Below are positions 25,701 to 36,517 of a stretch of DNA of 64,000 nucleotides, in pieces. The notes under the pieces are model-generated. The model was not told the origin of the DNA. It did not search any database and saw nothing but the letters and a program-made list of their open reading frames with translations. The DNA is from Squalus acanthias. Its lineage: Eukaryota. The stretch covers positions 34,472,001-34,536,000 of the forward strand of contig CM059449.1 of assembly GCA_030390025.1 (NCBI GenBank). The letters run 5' to 3'. Position 1 is the first letter of the stretch, and each line of letters opens with the position of its first letter. The position numbers and the translations under genes are program-made.

Positions 25701-28700
25701 CTCCTTTAACAGGCGGCTGATCCGATATCACTTGTTTTACATTAGTGGCAAAAGTTAAGATGACTTCATTCATTCTATTGTGAAATGTGCGACTTTTATT
25801 GAAGTTGAAAATAACTGTCGTTCTATCATGTAGTTTCCCCTGAGGTCTCAGTTATTGCCAGGGCTGCTGATCGTTGGTTTCTCCACTGCATTGTGACTGG
25901 ATTTTACCCGCAGCCCATCAGCGTTACCTGGTTGAAGAATGGAGAAGATGCCCCTGAGACCAAATCTACTGGGTTATTGCCCAATGAAGATGGGACGTAT
26001 CAACTGACGACAACCCTTGAATTTGATCCGTATGATGGGAAACAATACTCCTGTCATATTGAGCACAGCAGCTTGCCGGGTGGGAAAACAGTCTCCTGGG
26101 GTAAGGACATGAGCAGCGATACTGAACAATCCATCAATAATAGCAACAATCACCCACACCTGTCTTGCTCTTTCTCTCTTTTTCTTTACACATCAGACAG
26201 CACTTTGGTTATCTCTGTACTTCAGGTTGTCTGTGACTGTTCCTCATTCGTTCTCTCTCTTTTAGTCCATTTCTGTTATCTTCTGACTCTTCCATAATCT
26301 GCACCCACCCCTCCGTGTGTGCTTCTCACACACTTGCTTTCTCTCTATATCTTTCCCATTGCTTCTTGCTGTCTATCTCCACTCTGTACCCACACCCCAC
26401 ACACACCGCACGGTCTCAGAGTTAGATAACAAATGAATCTCTGTACACAGTCTATCTGGGTTAGAGAATGGATTAATCTGCATTCACCACCCACTCGCAG
26501 ACATCAGACTCTTTATTTGCCCGACTTGCTGTTGCTTCACTCTTTGTTTCTGCTTTCTCATTGTTGTTCCCTTTCACTGTGGTGATGGATCTGCTCGGTT
26601 TCTGAGCTGGAACTTTTGCTCGGTGCTGAGCTATTTCACTCTCAGCCTCAGTGTGTTTTTGCTTCTCTTGTGTCTTTGTTGAGGTGGGGAATGAGGTGAC
26701 GGGTCACTTTGGGATATGAGAGGAGGAGTGGGGAAGTGTTGTGAGGAAAGGTCATTAAAATGTAGTGCAGTGGGGGGAGGGGTGATAAAATAATGCGGCC
26801 TGGCGGCAAGGGTGGGTCTGAGGCTGGGCTCCTGAGGCGGGGATGGGCCGAAGTCCACTGGGAGCTGCAGGCAGGGAAGGTGGGGGCGGTGGGCTTTGCC
26901 CAGAAAGCAAGAATCTGCAGCAAGAATGAAGGTTGGGACAGGCGGGGCGGGTGGTGGACCCCAGGAATCAGCCTAGAAATTGCTGTTGGTGATTACCAGG
27001 GTCACCAAATGTCTCCAGGGGAACCTCCTGCTATTGGTTTAGACACAGCGGGGTAGATTTCCAACCTGCCGCCCGGGTGTAAAACCGGAGTTGCCTCCAA
27101 TGGGAATGAAAAGCGGGCAGTTTGTGTGACAGGCGGCTGATCCACAGCAGAAGGCTCACACCAGAGCGGCGCGGTGAACATCTACCACAAATTGTTTAAT
27201 AGATAACGGTGCTGCTCATTCAGGTCTCTCCATGGAAAGGTGCCTCCCTCAGGGGAACAGGTAGGATGATCCTTATGACCTGGAAATGTATTTCTGATCG
27301 GTTACTGCGCTGATCCTCTGCTGAGGGCAAGTTCCAGATGTTGCGGCCCAACCTGTGCAGGTCCCAGTTGTTTATAACAATCCCTTGAATTAGAAAATCG
27401 GTTCATTAAAGTCAGTTTTATAAGCTGCATATACACAGCTTCATATAATCAGATCTGTNNNNNNNNNNNNNNNNNNNNNNNNNNNNNNNNNNNNNNNNNN
27501 NNNNNNNNNNNNNNNNNNNNNNNNNNNNNNNNNNNNNNNNNNNNNNNNNNNNNNNNNNNNNNNNNNNNNNNNNNNNNNNNNNNNNNNNNNNNNNNNNNNN
27601 NNNNNNNNNNNNNNNNNNNNNNNNNNNNNNNNNNNNNNNNNNNNNNNNNNNNNNNNNNNNNNNNNNNNNNNNNNNNNNNNNNNNNNNNNNNNNNNNNNNN
27701 NNNNNNNNNNNNNNNNNNNNNNNNNNNNNNNNNNNNNNNNNNNNNNNNNNNNNNNNNNNNNNNNNNCGCTCNNNNNNNNNNNNNNNNNNNNNNNNNNNNN
27801 NNNNNNNNNNNNNNNNNNNNNNNNNNNNNNNNNNNNNNNNNNNNNNNNNNNNNNNNNNNNNNNNNNNNNNNNNNNNNNNNNNNNNNNNNNNNNNNNNNNN
27901 NNNNNNNNNNNNNNNTATCTCTCTATATATTTCTCTCTCGATTTCGATCTGAATATTTTGAAAATGTTGAGTGTGGTCAAGTTTCCAAAGCTGCTGCTCC
28001 ATTCCAACAACATTAGGTGACAGATTGAAAATGATAGGGTTCCGCCTATTGTTGAACGATACCAGAAAGCTGCCTTTGCAGTATATTGAGAGCTCGAATT
28101 AAAGAAACGGAGTCTGTATGCAGTTACAGAATCGGACCACTGAGTGTCACTGTGGAGCATTCAGGGTTTTGGAGACAGCAGTCATGTTGCTATCGTTAAG
28201 TAAAAGAAGGTAAACATTTAACTATCTGAATTAAATGTAAACTTTTATGTAGATAATTTGCTTATTTACAATTCTCATGAGCGGAAGTCTTGCACCTTGA
28301 GCTCCCTCTCATCACACGGAGCTGTGGGGACGGTCAGAAGCTCGATCCCCCAGCCCTGGGAGCTGGCACAGTGGCATCATCAATTCAACTGCCATTACTT
28401 ACCCCTCATATTGCCCCTTTCACCAGTCCCGCAGACACAGGCCTCTGCTAGTTTCCTACATGGCTCCCCTTACACAGCGATCCATGGGGGGTTGCAGGAG
28501 AGGGGACAGCTGGTTTTCCCTCTGCCTCGCTGGGCACCACGACCACAACCCTTTTCCATTGTCCTCCCAGCTGCACATTCCTATCGCTGGCCCAGCCCCG
28601 ATCAGTCTAGAAACCATGCTTCACTCTTCACAGCCATTGCTCCTCCCCCCACCTACCCTGACACCTTTACAGCCTGACCGCCTCTCGTTGACTATAACCT

Positions 28701-30667
28701 GTGTTTATTCACAAAAAGTGAACTTTGTGGTTTTAAAGAAACCTGGCTCCACCTTAGTGAAATAATACATTGTGCATTATATGGTGTGAGGATACTGTCC
28801 ATAGAAAACAGCGCATCATCCTACTTACCATGAGCAGGGCCATAGGTTTCCACTGATTATATATAAAACTGTCAATCCGCACATATAATTATACAAACCT
28901 TGCTAATATTTTTCAGATGGAAAAGTAGAGAAAGAGAAGCATGTGGGGCTGATTGTCGTGTGTGTACTGCTGTCGCTGGCTTTCGTTATAGTAGTTTTAA
29001 TCTATATGTGGAGGAGAAAACGAAGAGGTAAGTCGAGAGAATATGCTGCAGTCTTGTTTGTAAAAGTATGACACAGCGGCTTTACAGAAAATCTTTTGGC
29101 CGGCCCCAAGATTATATTTTGAATTTTAAATATCTGTTATAAAGAAAAAAAAAGAAAATCTTGCATTTATATCGCGCGCCTTTCACGACCTCAGGACGTC
29201 CCAAAGCGCTTTACAACCAATGAAGTGCTTTCCTTATAAGTGTAGTCACTGTTGTAATGTAGGAAACGCGGCAGCCAAGTTGCGCACAGGGATCTTTTAC
29301 ATCCACCTGAGAGGGCAGATTGGGTCTCGATTTAACGTCCCATCTAAAGACAGCACCTCCGACAGTGCAGCTCTCCATCAGCACCGCACTGGTGTGTCAG
29401 TCTAGATTTTACTGCTCACGTCTCTGGAGTGGGATTAAATTGGTTAATTTGTTAACTTCTGTAAGAACAACTGGAATTTTATCGAGGGAAAGTTACTAAT
29501 GGAACTCTAAGTTTAATCACACGAGGTACAGAACATAACAGCCAAGAAGTAAATATGAGACTCTATAAAACCTTAAAACCGGAGTTAGAACACTGTGTGC
29601 AGTATAGAATTTCACGCGATAGGGGGGATATTGAGCTTCAGAGAAGCTACAAGGTGGATTCACTCGGAAGCTGCCCGATAGAAGGAAACACAAATACAAG
29701 GAAAGACTTGGAAAATGCGCATTTTTATTAGAAAAATGCATATTACGGGTGATATAATACAAGTGTTTAAAATGATGGAAGGATGGCACAGGGTAGATAG
29801 AAGCATACTGTTTCCAGTAGTTGAGGGTCAAGAATGAGGGGTTATAGATACTAGGTTAAATGTTAGAGATTTAGAACAGAGGGCAGGAAACGATTCTTTT
29901 CACAGTGCGTTGTGAGGCTGTGGAATCCACTTCTAGTGATAGATGTTGAGGCAGAAACTATCTCAACATTTAAGATTAGATTGAGAAGGTGGACAAAGGG
30001 AAATGGGGTTGATGGGATATGAGAACAGGATGGGTAAATGTGATTAGTAATATTTACTGTTGTGTAGAGTAAATGCCAATACGCATTGGTTCGGCCAAAG
30101 GATCTCTTTCCATGTTGTAGCTTCTACTTTATTCGATATGCATGTGCCCCAAGTGTAGTGAAATTAAAATCCAGTTCTTTATGCACAAATTTAGGGGGTG
30201 AAATTGGGCGATAACACAAAATAGCCACTAGTGAATCGGCTGCCATTTCATTGAAGGCAATAGAAAAGCCCATGTGGTAGGTGTGTAACTGGCTGGTGAT
30301 TCGCTATCGCCATTTGGCGCCATCGCCTGAGCCCAATTTCACCTCATTAAGTTTTGTAACAGGTGGCCCACACATGAAAACTTTCCCCATGGTAACACCA
30401 TCAGCATCAACATGAATTTATGTTTGATTGATATGTTAAGACGGAAGCATACGTGCTAATAACCTTTATTACCAATACCATCGTATTATTACAAGCGTTC
30501 TCTCTGAACATGTGTCTTTTCAGAACAAGGCAGACATTTCAAATACTTCCTTAAGCAGCACCACCAACTCCTGCAAATCAAAAAAAAACAGGTTTAAGAA
30601 AGGAGGTCAGCATCACAGTCCATGGAAAGGCTCATTTCCTCTGGAACGTTTTAAAGGCGAACCTTAA
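16646..30667 (+). CDS. Non-classical MHC class I heavy chain, spliced gene of 6-7 coding exons (~385 aa with the micro-exon, ~352 aa without)
   Basis: All introns are GT-AG and phase-compatible (phase 1 between domains). No stops or frameshifts in leader-alpha1-alpha2-alpha3-TM. Canonical class I motifs present. Confidence 0.93.
20995..21255 (+). CDS. MHC class I exon 2, alpha1 domain
   Basis: 261 nt, CCTAG acceptor, A|GTGAGT donor. ESHSLLYYYT...PEYSFMGLLDGCEIDYYD...PRQQWM...YWD...NQT (N86 sequon). Confidence 0.95.
21830..22305 (-). mobile_element. Tx1/L1-clade non-LTR retrotransposon 3' fragment in MHC intron 2
   Basis: GC-rich ORF 21899-22342 ESVFQVYIECERL...LLIFG...LLLDLAKVAI...RW resembles the C-terminus of Tx1-type ORF2. 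Confidence 0.65.
23455..24410 (-). mobile_element. Two CR1 3'-end fragments in tandem
   Basis: catagaatcata and aagaacataagaac tails followed by reverse-complemented CR1 3' UTR and RT C-terminus. Confidence 0.85.
25330..25605 (+). CDS. MHC class I exon 3, alpha2 domain
   Basis: 276 nt (the canonical alpha2 exon length). THYLQGLFGC(101)...AYDG...W...KW...C(164)...Y. TTCTAG acceptor, G|GTAAGT donor. Confidence 0.96.
25834..26100 (+). CDS. MHC class I exon 4, alpha3 Ig C1 domain
   Basis: 267 nt. PEVSV...LHCIVTGFYP...VTW...LLPNEDGTYQ...YSCHIEHSSL...W. TGTAG acceptor, G|GTAAGG donor. Confidence 0.97.
27459..27915. other. N run (gap or masked low-complexity sequence) in MHC intron 4, with a 5-base island cgctc at 27767-27771
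   Basis: Seen directly; the right flank is TC/TA-rich. Confidence 0.99.
28917..29027 (+). CDS. MHC class I exon 5, connecting peptide and transmembrane helix
   Basis: 111 nt, TTTTCAG acceptor, G|GTAAGT donor. DGKVEKEKHVGLIVVCVLLSLAFVIVVLIYMWRRKRR. Not in the ORF track. Confidence 0.93.
29155..29435 (-). mobile_element. Deu-domain SINE (SacSINE1/AmnSINE1-like), internally deleted
   Basis: Tail cttgcatttatat...cctcaggacgtcccaaagcgcttt and Deu core gatcttttacatccacctgagagggcaga...cacctccgacagtgcag. Recognised from memory of the family. Short pieces also at ~17790 and ~49612. Confidence 0.75.
29520..30125 (+). mobile_element. Old CR1 LINE 3' fragment in MHC intron 5
   Basis: Degenerate LYKTL..PELEHCVQ and ttcacagtgcgttgtgaggctgtggaat motifs. 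Confidence 0.75.
30194..30346. mobile_element. Harbinger-type MITE with TTA target-site duplication, just upstream of the candidate micro-exon
   Basis: TTA|GGGGGTGAAATTGGGC ... GCCCAATTTCACCTCA|TTA. Confidence 0.85.
30363..30391 (+). CDS. Candidate MHC class I cytoplasmic micro-exon (29 nt, GGPHMKTFPM)
   Basis: TTTTGTAACAG acceptor, ATG|GTAACA donor. Converts phase 1 to phase 0 and opens the Ser/Thr-rich frame of the last exon. Confidence 0.55.
30524..30667 (+). CDS. MHC class I terminal cytoplasmic exon (two usable reading frames)
   Basis: Strong acceptor GTCTTTTCAG. Phase 0: NKADISNTSLSSTTNSCKSKKNRFKKGGQHHSPWKGSFPLERFKGEP* (stop 30665-30667). Phase 1: EQGRHFKYFLKQHHQLLQIKKKQV* (stop 30595-30597). 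Confidence 0.7.
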   Translation, partial: NKADISNTSLSSTTNSCKSKKNRFKKGGQHHSPWKGSFPLERFKGEP

Positions 30668-31365
30668 CGCCTAGTGGTGAATGAAAGGGGGCTGACAGGA
30701 CACAGATCCACATTAATTGTCTCAGTGACAATGCAAGTTTAATAACCTTCCTGATTCAGTATTGTAGCGAGTACTTTATCTTCCGACAGGCCACATTCAC
30801 ACTGCAGCCTGAGGATCCCTGAGGGATGGTTTGGCTTAACGCCAGATGTTTTAGTGTAAATCCAGACTCAGGACCCCACCTGACTACCAGGTGAAGTCGA
30901 GGGAGACTGCCTCCTCCAGAATATCCCTTCGCACCAAATCTAATGTTGTGATGTAAATGGTTTCCGAGTGGCATTAAGATAGAAGGTGGAAATATACTCA
31001 GAAGATCAAAAAGCAGACTGGAACTCCCAGGTGTTAAACACCTTCCGTCAGATTTCATTTCCCGGAGAGCCCCATTAAGGCAAATATTGTCCGTCCCTAC
31101 TGTGGTCATTGCACCTTCATAGGTGCAGGACAAGGTGGAGAGTCATTGGGTGTCATTTTCAGATTAGGAGATAGTGTAAAACAGGCGTCATCGGATCAGC
31201 GACCCGTTACACAACTCTCCCAACTTTCCTTCCCATTGATCTCAAGGAAAGGACAATCGGGAGAGGTGTATAACAGATACCCGACCCGATATCGTCCATT
31301 TTACATTAACGCCAACAATTAAAATGACCTCCATTGGGGTATAAATTTGTCTTGCGCAGTAGTTC

Positions 31366-31521
31366 AAATGGGGAGAGAGTGACCTGGCAGCAAAATGGGA
31401 GAGAGCCACTTGGTAGCAAATTGAGCGATAGCGACTTGGCAGCAAAACGGGAGAGAGCGACTTGGCAACTAAATGGGAGAGAGCAACTTGGAGGCAAATT
31501 GGGCGACAGCGACTTGGCAGC
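31366..31521. repeat. 26-bp minisatellite, ~6 copies
   Basis: Unit approximately aaatgggagagagcgacttggcagca. Confidence 0.85.
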
Positions 31522-31897
31522 CGGGCAGTCCGGAGGGCAAACAGGTCTCTCCGGTTTCATCGCCTGTGGAACTGACTGGAACCTGCACAACATTAACGGA
31601 ACGATAAGGCTACCGGCCTCCAGGCGAAGGTAGTGAGAATCGACCGCTCTTTAGGCCCGCTACTCCTGTGCACTAAACTAACTGCCTCTGAGCTACCTAT
31701 AAGGGGAAGAACCATGAAAAGAGAATGAACAAGTCACTTCATTCTCTGTACTGTGCTCTGCACCTTCATCTCGGGATTATCTAACATATGGATTTCACTC
31801 CCTAGATTACAACTTTGTTTAACCAGAACCTGAGAGGGTCAAACGCGAGTCTTGCATTGGATCCAAGAACACACTGAAATAATCATCGTGCATCCTA

Positions 31898-32850
31898 GGA
31901 ACATATGAACATAGGAATTGGAGGAGGCCATTTAGCCCCTGGAGCCTGCTCCGCCATTCAATGAGTTCCTGGCTGATCTGTGACCTAACTCCATATACCC
32001 ACCTTTGACCCATATCTCTTAATACCTGTGGTTAACAGAAAGCTATCAAGCTACGATTTAATATTAACAATTACTCTTGCATCAATTGCCGTTTGCGGCA
32101 CAGTGTTCCAAACTTCTACCAGCCTTTGTGTGTAGAAGTGTTTACTAATTTCACTGCTGAAAGATCTGGCTCTATTTTTTAGACTATGCCCCCTAGTCCT
32201 AGAATTCCCAACCAGTGGAAATAGTTTTTCTCTATATACCCTATCTGTATCACTTAATACCTTGAAAAATTCGATCAGATCATCTCTTAACCTTCTAAAT
32301 TCTAGGGAATACAAACCTAATTTGTGTAATCTCTCCTCGTAACTTAACCGTTGAAGTCCGGGTATCATTCTGGTAAACCTATACTGCACTCCCTGCAAGG
32401 CTAATAAGTGGTTCCTAAGGTGTGTGGCCCAGAACTGCTCACAATACTCCAGGTGTGGTCTAACTAGGGTTTTGTATAGCTGCAGCATAACTTCTACCCC
32501 TTGTATTTTAGCCCTCTAGGTATAAAGGCCAGCAGCCCATTAGCCTTTTAGATTATTGTCTGTAACTGTTGATGACATTTTAATGATCTACGTACCTGGA
32601 CGCCAAAGTCTCTTTGGACCTCCACTGTTTGTAGCATTCACTATTTAGAAAGTACCCTGATCTACCCTTTTTAGGTCAAAAGTGAATGACCTCACATTTA
32701 CCTACAATAAAATCCATTTGCCACAGTTTTGCCCGTTCACTTAATCTGTCGATATCCCTTTGTAATTTTATGCTTCCATCTACAATGCATACAATTTCAC
32801 CTATTTTTGTGTCGTCGGCAAATTTGGATATATGTCTTTCTATGTATTCA
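31898..32850 (-). mobile_element. CR1 LINE RT C-terminus and 3' end
   Basis: ORFs 32676-32861 (FADDTKIG) and 32051-32488 (LYKTLVRPHLEYC). Confidence 0.95.
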
Positions 32851-34069
32851 TCTAAGTGCAATTGCTTTATTACTGAAACAACTCAATTTGCATAAACATT
32901 TCACCCCTGACTTATATTTCAGTCACTTTATCAAAATATTACTAACTTGTTTAACATTGAAGGAACATTGTCAAATCTCATCTACAATTGCGCAAACTGG
33001 CTCTTTAGACATTACATAAAGGCGGCACGGAATAAAGGCACACCAGGGATTTAAAAACATGTTTTGTTATTATTTATACCTTCCTAATTAGTACAATTCA
33101 CTCCAACATTGGCCTCAGGTAGATACATTTCCACTTGTGAGTAGAAACAGTGCCTGCAAACACTGTTCAATTACTGGAAACACAGCCGAGACCCATCCTG
33201 TCCACACACTCACATTTCACCAGCAGCATCGCCAACACAGTGGTTCGGAGCAAATCCCGAGGCCACTTCTCCCGCTGTAAGTGAAGGGAGCGAAGCCAGT
33301 GTAATACTCTGCTGCTAACCCTGTGGTTACAATGGGAATGAGAATAAGACGGTTTCTATCACCGGTGGACAATCTGCAACATCGGTTTCAGGCCCCATGG
33401 CAAGATGAAAATCTTCGCCAGAGTCAAGTTGAAAGTTACAATATCACACAACTAAAAAGGGATTTAGGAAACCTTTTGCAGGGAACTCTCTACTTAGGCG
33501 TGGAGCAAAATGGGGAGAATTGGATCGCCTGTTGTCTATAAACGCCATTGACCTCGCTCCCGCCAGAGGTGAAAATTCTATCGACCGGGGGTGAAATTCA
33601 CCTTCAGCAGCGGCGCAAAACAGGCGGCAGCAGGTCGGCCGCTCATTACACACCCTCCCGACTTTCCTCTCCATTAAACTATACCGAAAATAACATCGTG
33701 TTGGGCGAATAACAGGCGGCTGATCGGCTGCTGCCCGTGTTGAATAATTAAGATGGAAGCGAGTTTGAATTCTTTGTATTCAGATCTGGTGGGCTGGATT
33801 TTGATTCAGGGGCGGGCTGGTGCCGTGTAATCCGCATTTCGTGTTAGCCAACCGAATCTCAATCGATGTGGGATGTTGATGCGATTTTAACATAATAGGC
33901 CAATTGAGTTCCAAGGTGTGGGAACCCATGGCCAGTGAGTTTTTCCAGTCTGAAAGTCGCTTGCGATGACGTCTTCATTGCTGCAGCATGTAACGTCTGC
34001 AACAAGCCTTGCTTCCTCTGCAGACTGCCAAGCTTCTGCCTTTGCATGTTAGAGGCACCTGCAGGATGA

Positions 34070-36037
34070 ATGGCCAGCCAGAGACGTCGGTCTGCACCTC
34101 GATTTGATGACGTCGCCCTGCAAGCTTTAATTGAGGGAGCCAGAGCTAATAAGGAGGTGCTGTCCCCTTCTTCAGGGAGGAAGAAGCCTTCCCATCAAAC
34201 AAGGCTGTGTGGATCCAGGTGGCAGAGGAGGTCAGCTCATTGTCCATAACCCGCAGAACCTGGCTTCAGTGCAGGAAGAGGTTTCATGACCTGCTGCGCA
34301 CTGGAAAAGTGAGTATGAATTTCCCATCACCATCATTCTGATCCCCATTGCCTCTCCTTTCCAGCATTCAGCTTTGACAACCTCTTCCTCCACATCCCAC
34401 TTGACACTGACATCACTGCACCCTTACCCATTCCCTCTCTCTGTATGGTCACATTCACCGAACTATTCGACTATGCAGCCCTCACACTCCCTATCGCTGT
34501 GTTGCGATGAGAACAACTTACAACACACAGGGAGGGCCCATGATCTTGCCACCTCACTCCGAATTTGTCTCCTTCTAACCATCAATGATATAGATTCTCT
34601 ACACTCACTCCTTCATTCTCACTCAAACTCCACTTGTCTCCCTCATTGCAGGAAAATAAAGCTCACAATAAGAGGGAAAGAGCGAGGACAGGAGGAGAGC
34701 CACCCTCAGTAGCCCAGCTCATCCCCTGGGTGGAGGCGGTCCTGGAGATCATGGGAGTGGAGGAGCATGCGCAAGTGGGGGACGGACAGACGGGTGCATC
34801 AGAGCAAGCTGGTGACAGAATAGTTCATCAACTGTCTCATTGACATTTCATGAGTCACTGATAAGGATTCTGATGCTCCATTAGACTGACTTCTGATCAT
34901 CTGCAATATGCAATATGCAATGTGCATGTAACCTTGGACTCACATGTCTGACACTTTCCTTTACTCCCCCCCAGGACAATCGCGAGCACCCATCCCCACC
35001 ATCCAGGAGGAAGAGCATGAGCCTCACGACTCCTGAGAGCTGCAACCTCTGAGGTCACCGCGTCAGCAGAATTCAGCGCACCCAGCACCAGCGCAGACAC
35101 TCACACCTCGGAGGGAACATCGCGAGATAGAGTAGTGTTGTCACCTGGTGTATCACAGCTCACAAGTGAGCATCAGCAGATAGTGGAGACAGGGACAGCA
35201 GTGGAGATTTCTAGTCGGAGGGTGCAGGACTCTCCTAGCTCGGCTCAGCTGCTTGTCGACCCTCTGCCTCTGGGTCCATCCATAAGATCAGCGGTGCTGG
35301 AACTCCAGGAACAGATGCAGGAGTCTCTGGCAGATTTTGTCTCCAGGGTCGCTTCGAGTGTGGAGCGAATGGAGGAGTCCATAGCTAACATGAGCAGAGA
35401 TTTTGTGGAGTCATTGGCGCATGAACGCATCACCACGGAAAGGATGGCAACCTCAGTGGAAAGAATGGCTACAGTAGAGGAGAGGATGGCTACGGCTATG
35501 GAGGAGATAAGTCGCCAGAGTGCAGAAAACATGGTCATTGTTCAGAATATACTGGCATCTCTTGAGGAGCGATGGTCATCTATTGAACACAGAAACCAGA
35601 CCTACATGGAAATCCTTCTGAGTAGGACTTCCAATGCAGATACGGGTCCCCATGGCCCCTCTGATGTGCAGCAAGGTGCTCTCAATCTACTTGCCAGCGC
35701 TGAGGTGGGGCTGACCCATGAGAGGGATGTTGGTGGCAGACAACAAGGAAGCGGGGGCTCCTCTCCAAGCGTTCAAACGACCAAGCCACTGCAAAACTCT
35801 CGGTCAGAGCCCCACCAGAGTCCTCACCCAACTGAGATCGGCGTCTCAACCCCTGCACGGCCGCAGGAGCAGCAGACTGTTGCCGAGCCCTCACAGGCTC
35901 GCAACCCCAGAGGACGCCCGCCAAAGGTGTCGAGGCAGGAGCAGCAAGAAAGTGACCAGGGGGCCTTCACATCTGCTGAAGCCACAGGGGAAGCAGCACG
36001 TAGGAGCACGCGTGAAATAAAAATAATGCACAAGTAG
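34070..36037 (+). pseudogene. Harbinger Myb/SANT-like DNA-binding protein gene, 3 exons (34070-34308, 34652-34811, 34975-36037), frameshifted
   Basis: MASQRRRSAPRFDDVALQALIE.../WIQVAEEV...RTWLQCRKRFHDLLRTGK|GTGAGT; exon 2 ENKAHNKRERARTGG; exon 3 includes the 300-aa ORF 35135-36037 with a coiled coil. Frameshift near 34203 and a broken frame early in exon 3. Confidence 0.8.
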
Positions 36038-36289
36038 TCACAAGGGTAGTTACTTGGGTGTAATGTTGTGTTTAATCTTGAAATGCCAGCACTTACTTGG
36101 TGTGATTAAAAATTCTGCTGCAAAACTGCTGAAGCTGTGGCGTCTCTCCTTTCGCAAATGGGACTTCCACATTGAGGGCTTGGGATGACTTGCAATTGTC
36201 AGTATGGTGGTCAGAGTGATAGGAATCCGCAGGTTCCTGGCCATTGTCGATGGCCTGATAAGAAGGTGCGAGGCAAAAGTGTTTGATTG

Positions 36290-36517
36290 TGCAGGCTAAG
36301 CACATCTGGTCAAGTGCGTCCCTTGCATCTCAGGCAGCAATGTGGTCGCGCGCTGGCGCCTTCTGGCCTGTGCAGCTTCAGGTGGGTGAGGAGCAGCTTG
36401 GCACGCCTGTTGATGCTGCTGCTGCTGGTGGTGCTGTTGTTCATGGTTCTGCTGCTGCCACGGCTAGTCTTCGTCCGAATCTGATGTCCAGGAGGAAAGG
36501 AAATAAATGGTTCCCAT
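36290..36517 (-). pseudogene. Remnant of the Harbinger transposase gene: Gln-rich N-terminus fused to the extreme C-terminus
   Basis: MGTIYFLSSWTSDSDED*PWQQQNHEQQHHQQQQ...RRRQRA runs directly into AA*DARDAL-like sequence. No DDE core is visible. Confidence 0.5.

Noticed and set aside
20940-26297. ORF-track extensions before and after the class I domains (20940, 25305, 26101-26297)
   Set aside because: Intronic read-through beyond clear splice sites. The hydrophobic stretch after alpha3 reflects TC-rich intron sequence, although intron retention cannot be excluded.
27418-28160. Long ORFs of 194 and 239 aa
   Set aside because: Artefacts of translating through the N run.
35135-36037. 300-aa ORF as a stand-alone host gene
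   Set aside because: It is the last exon of the transposon Myb-like gene, whose upstream exons are frameshifted.
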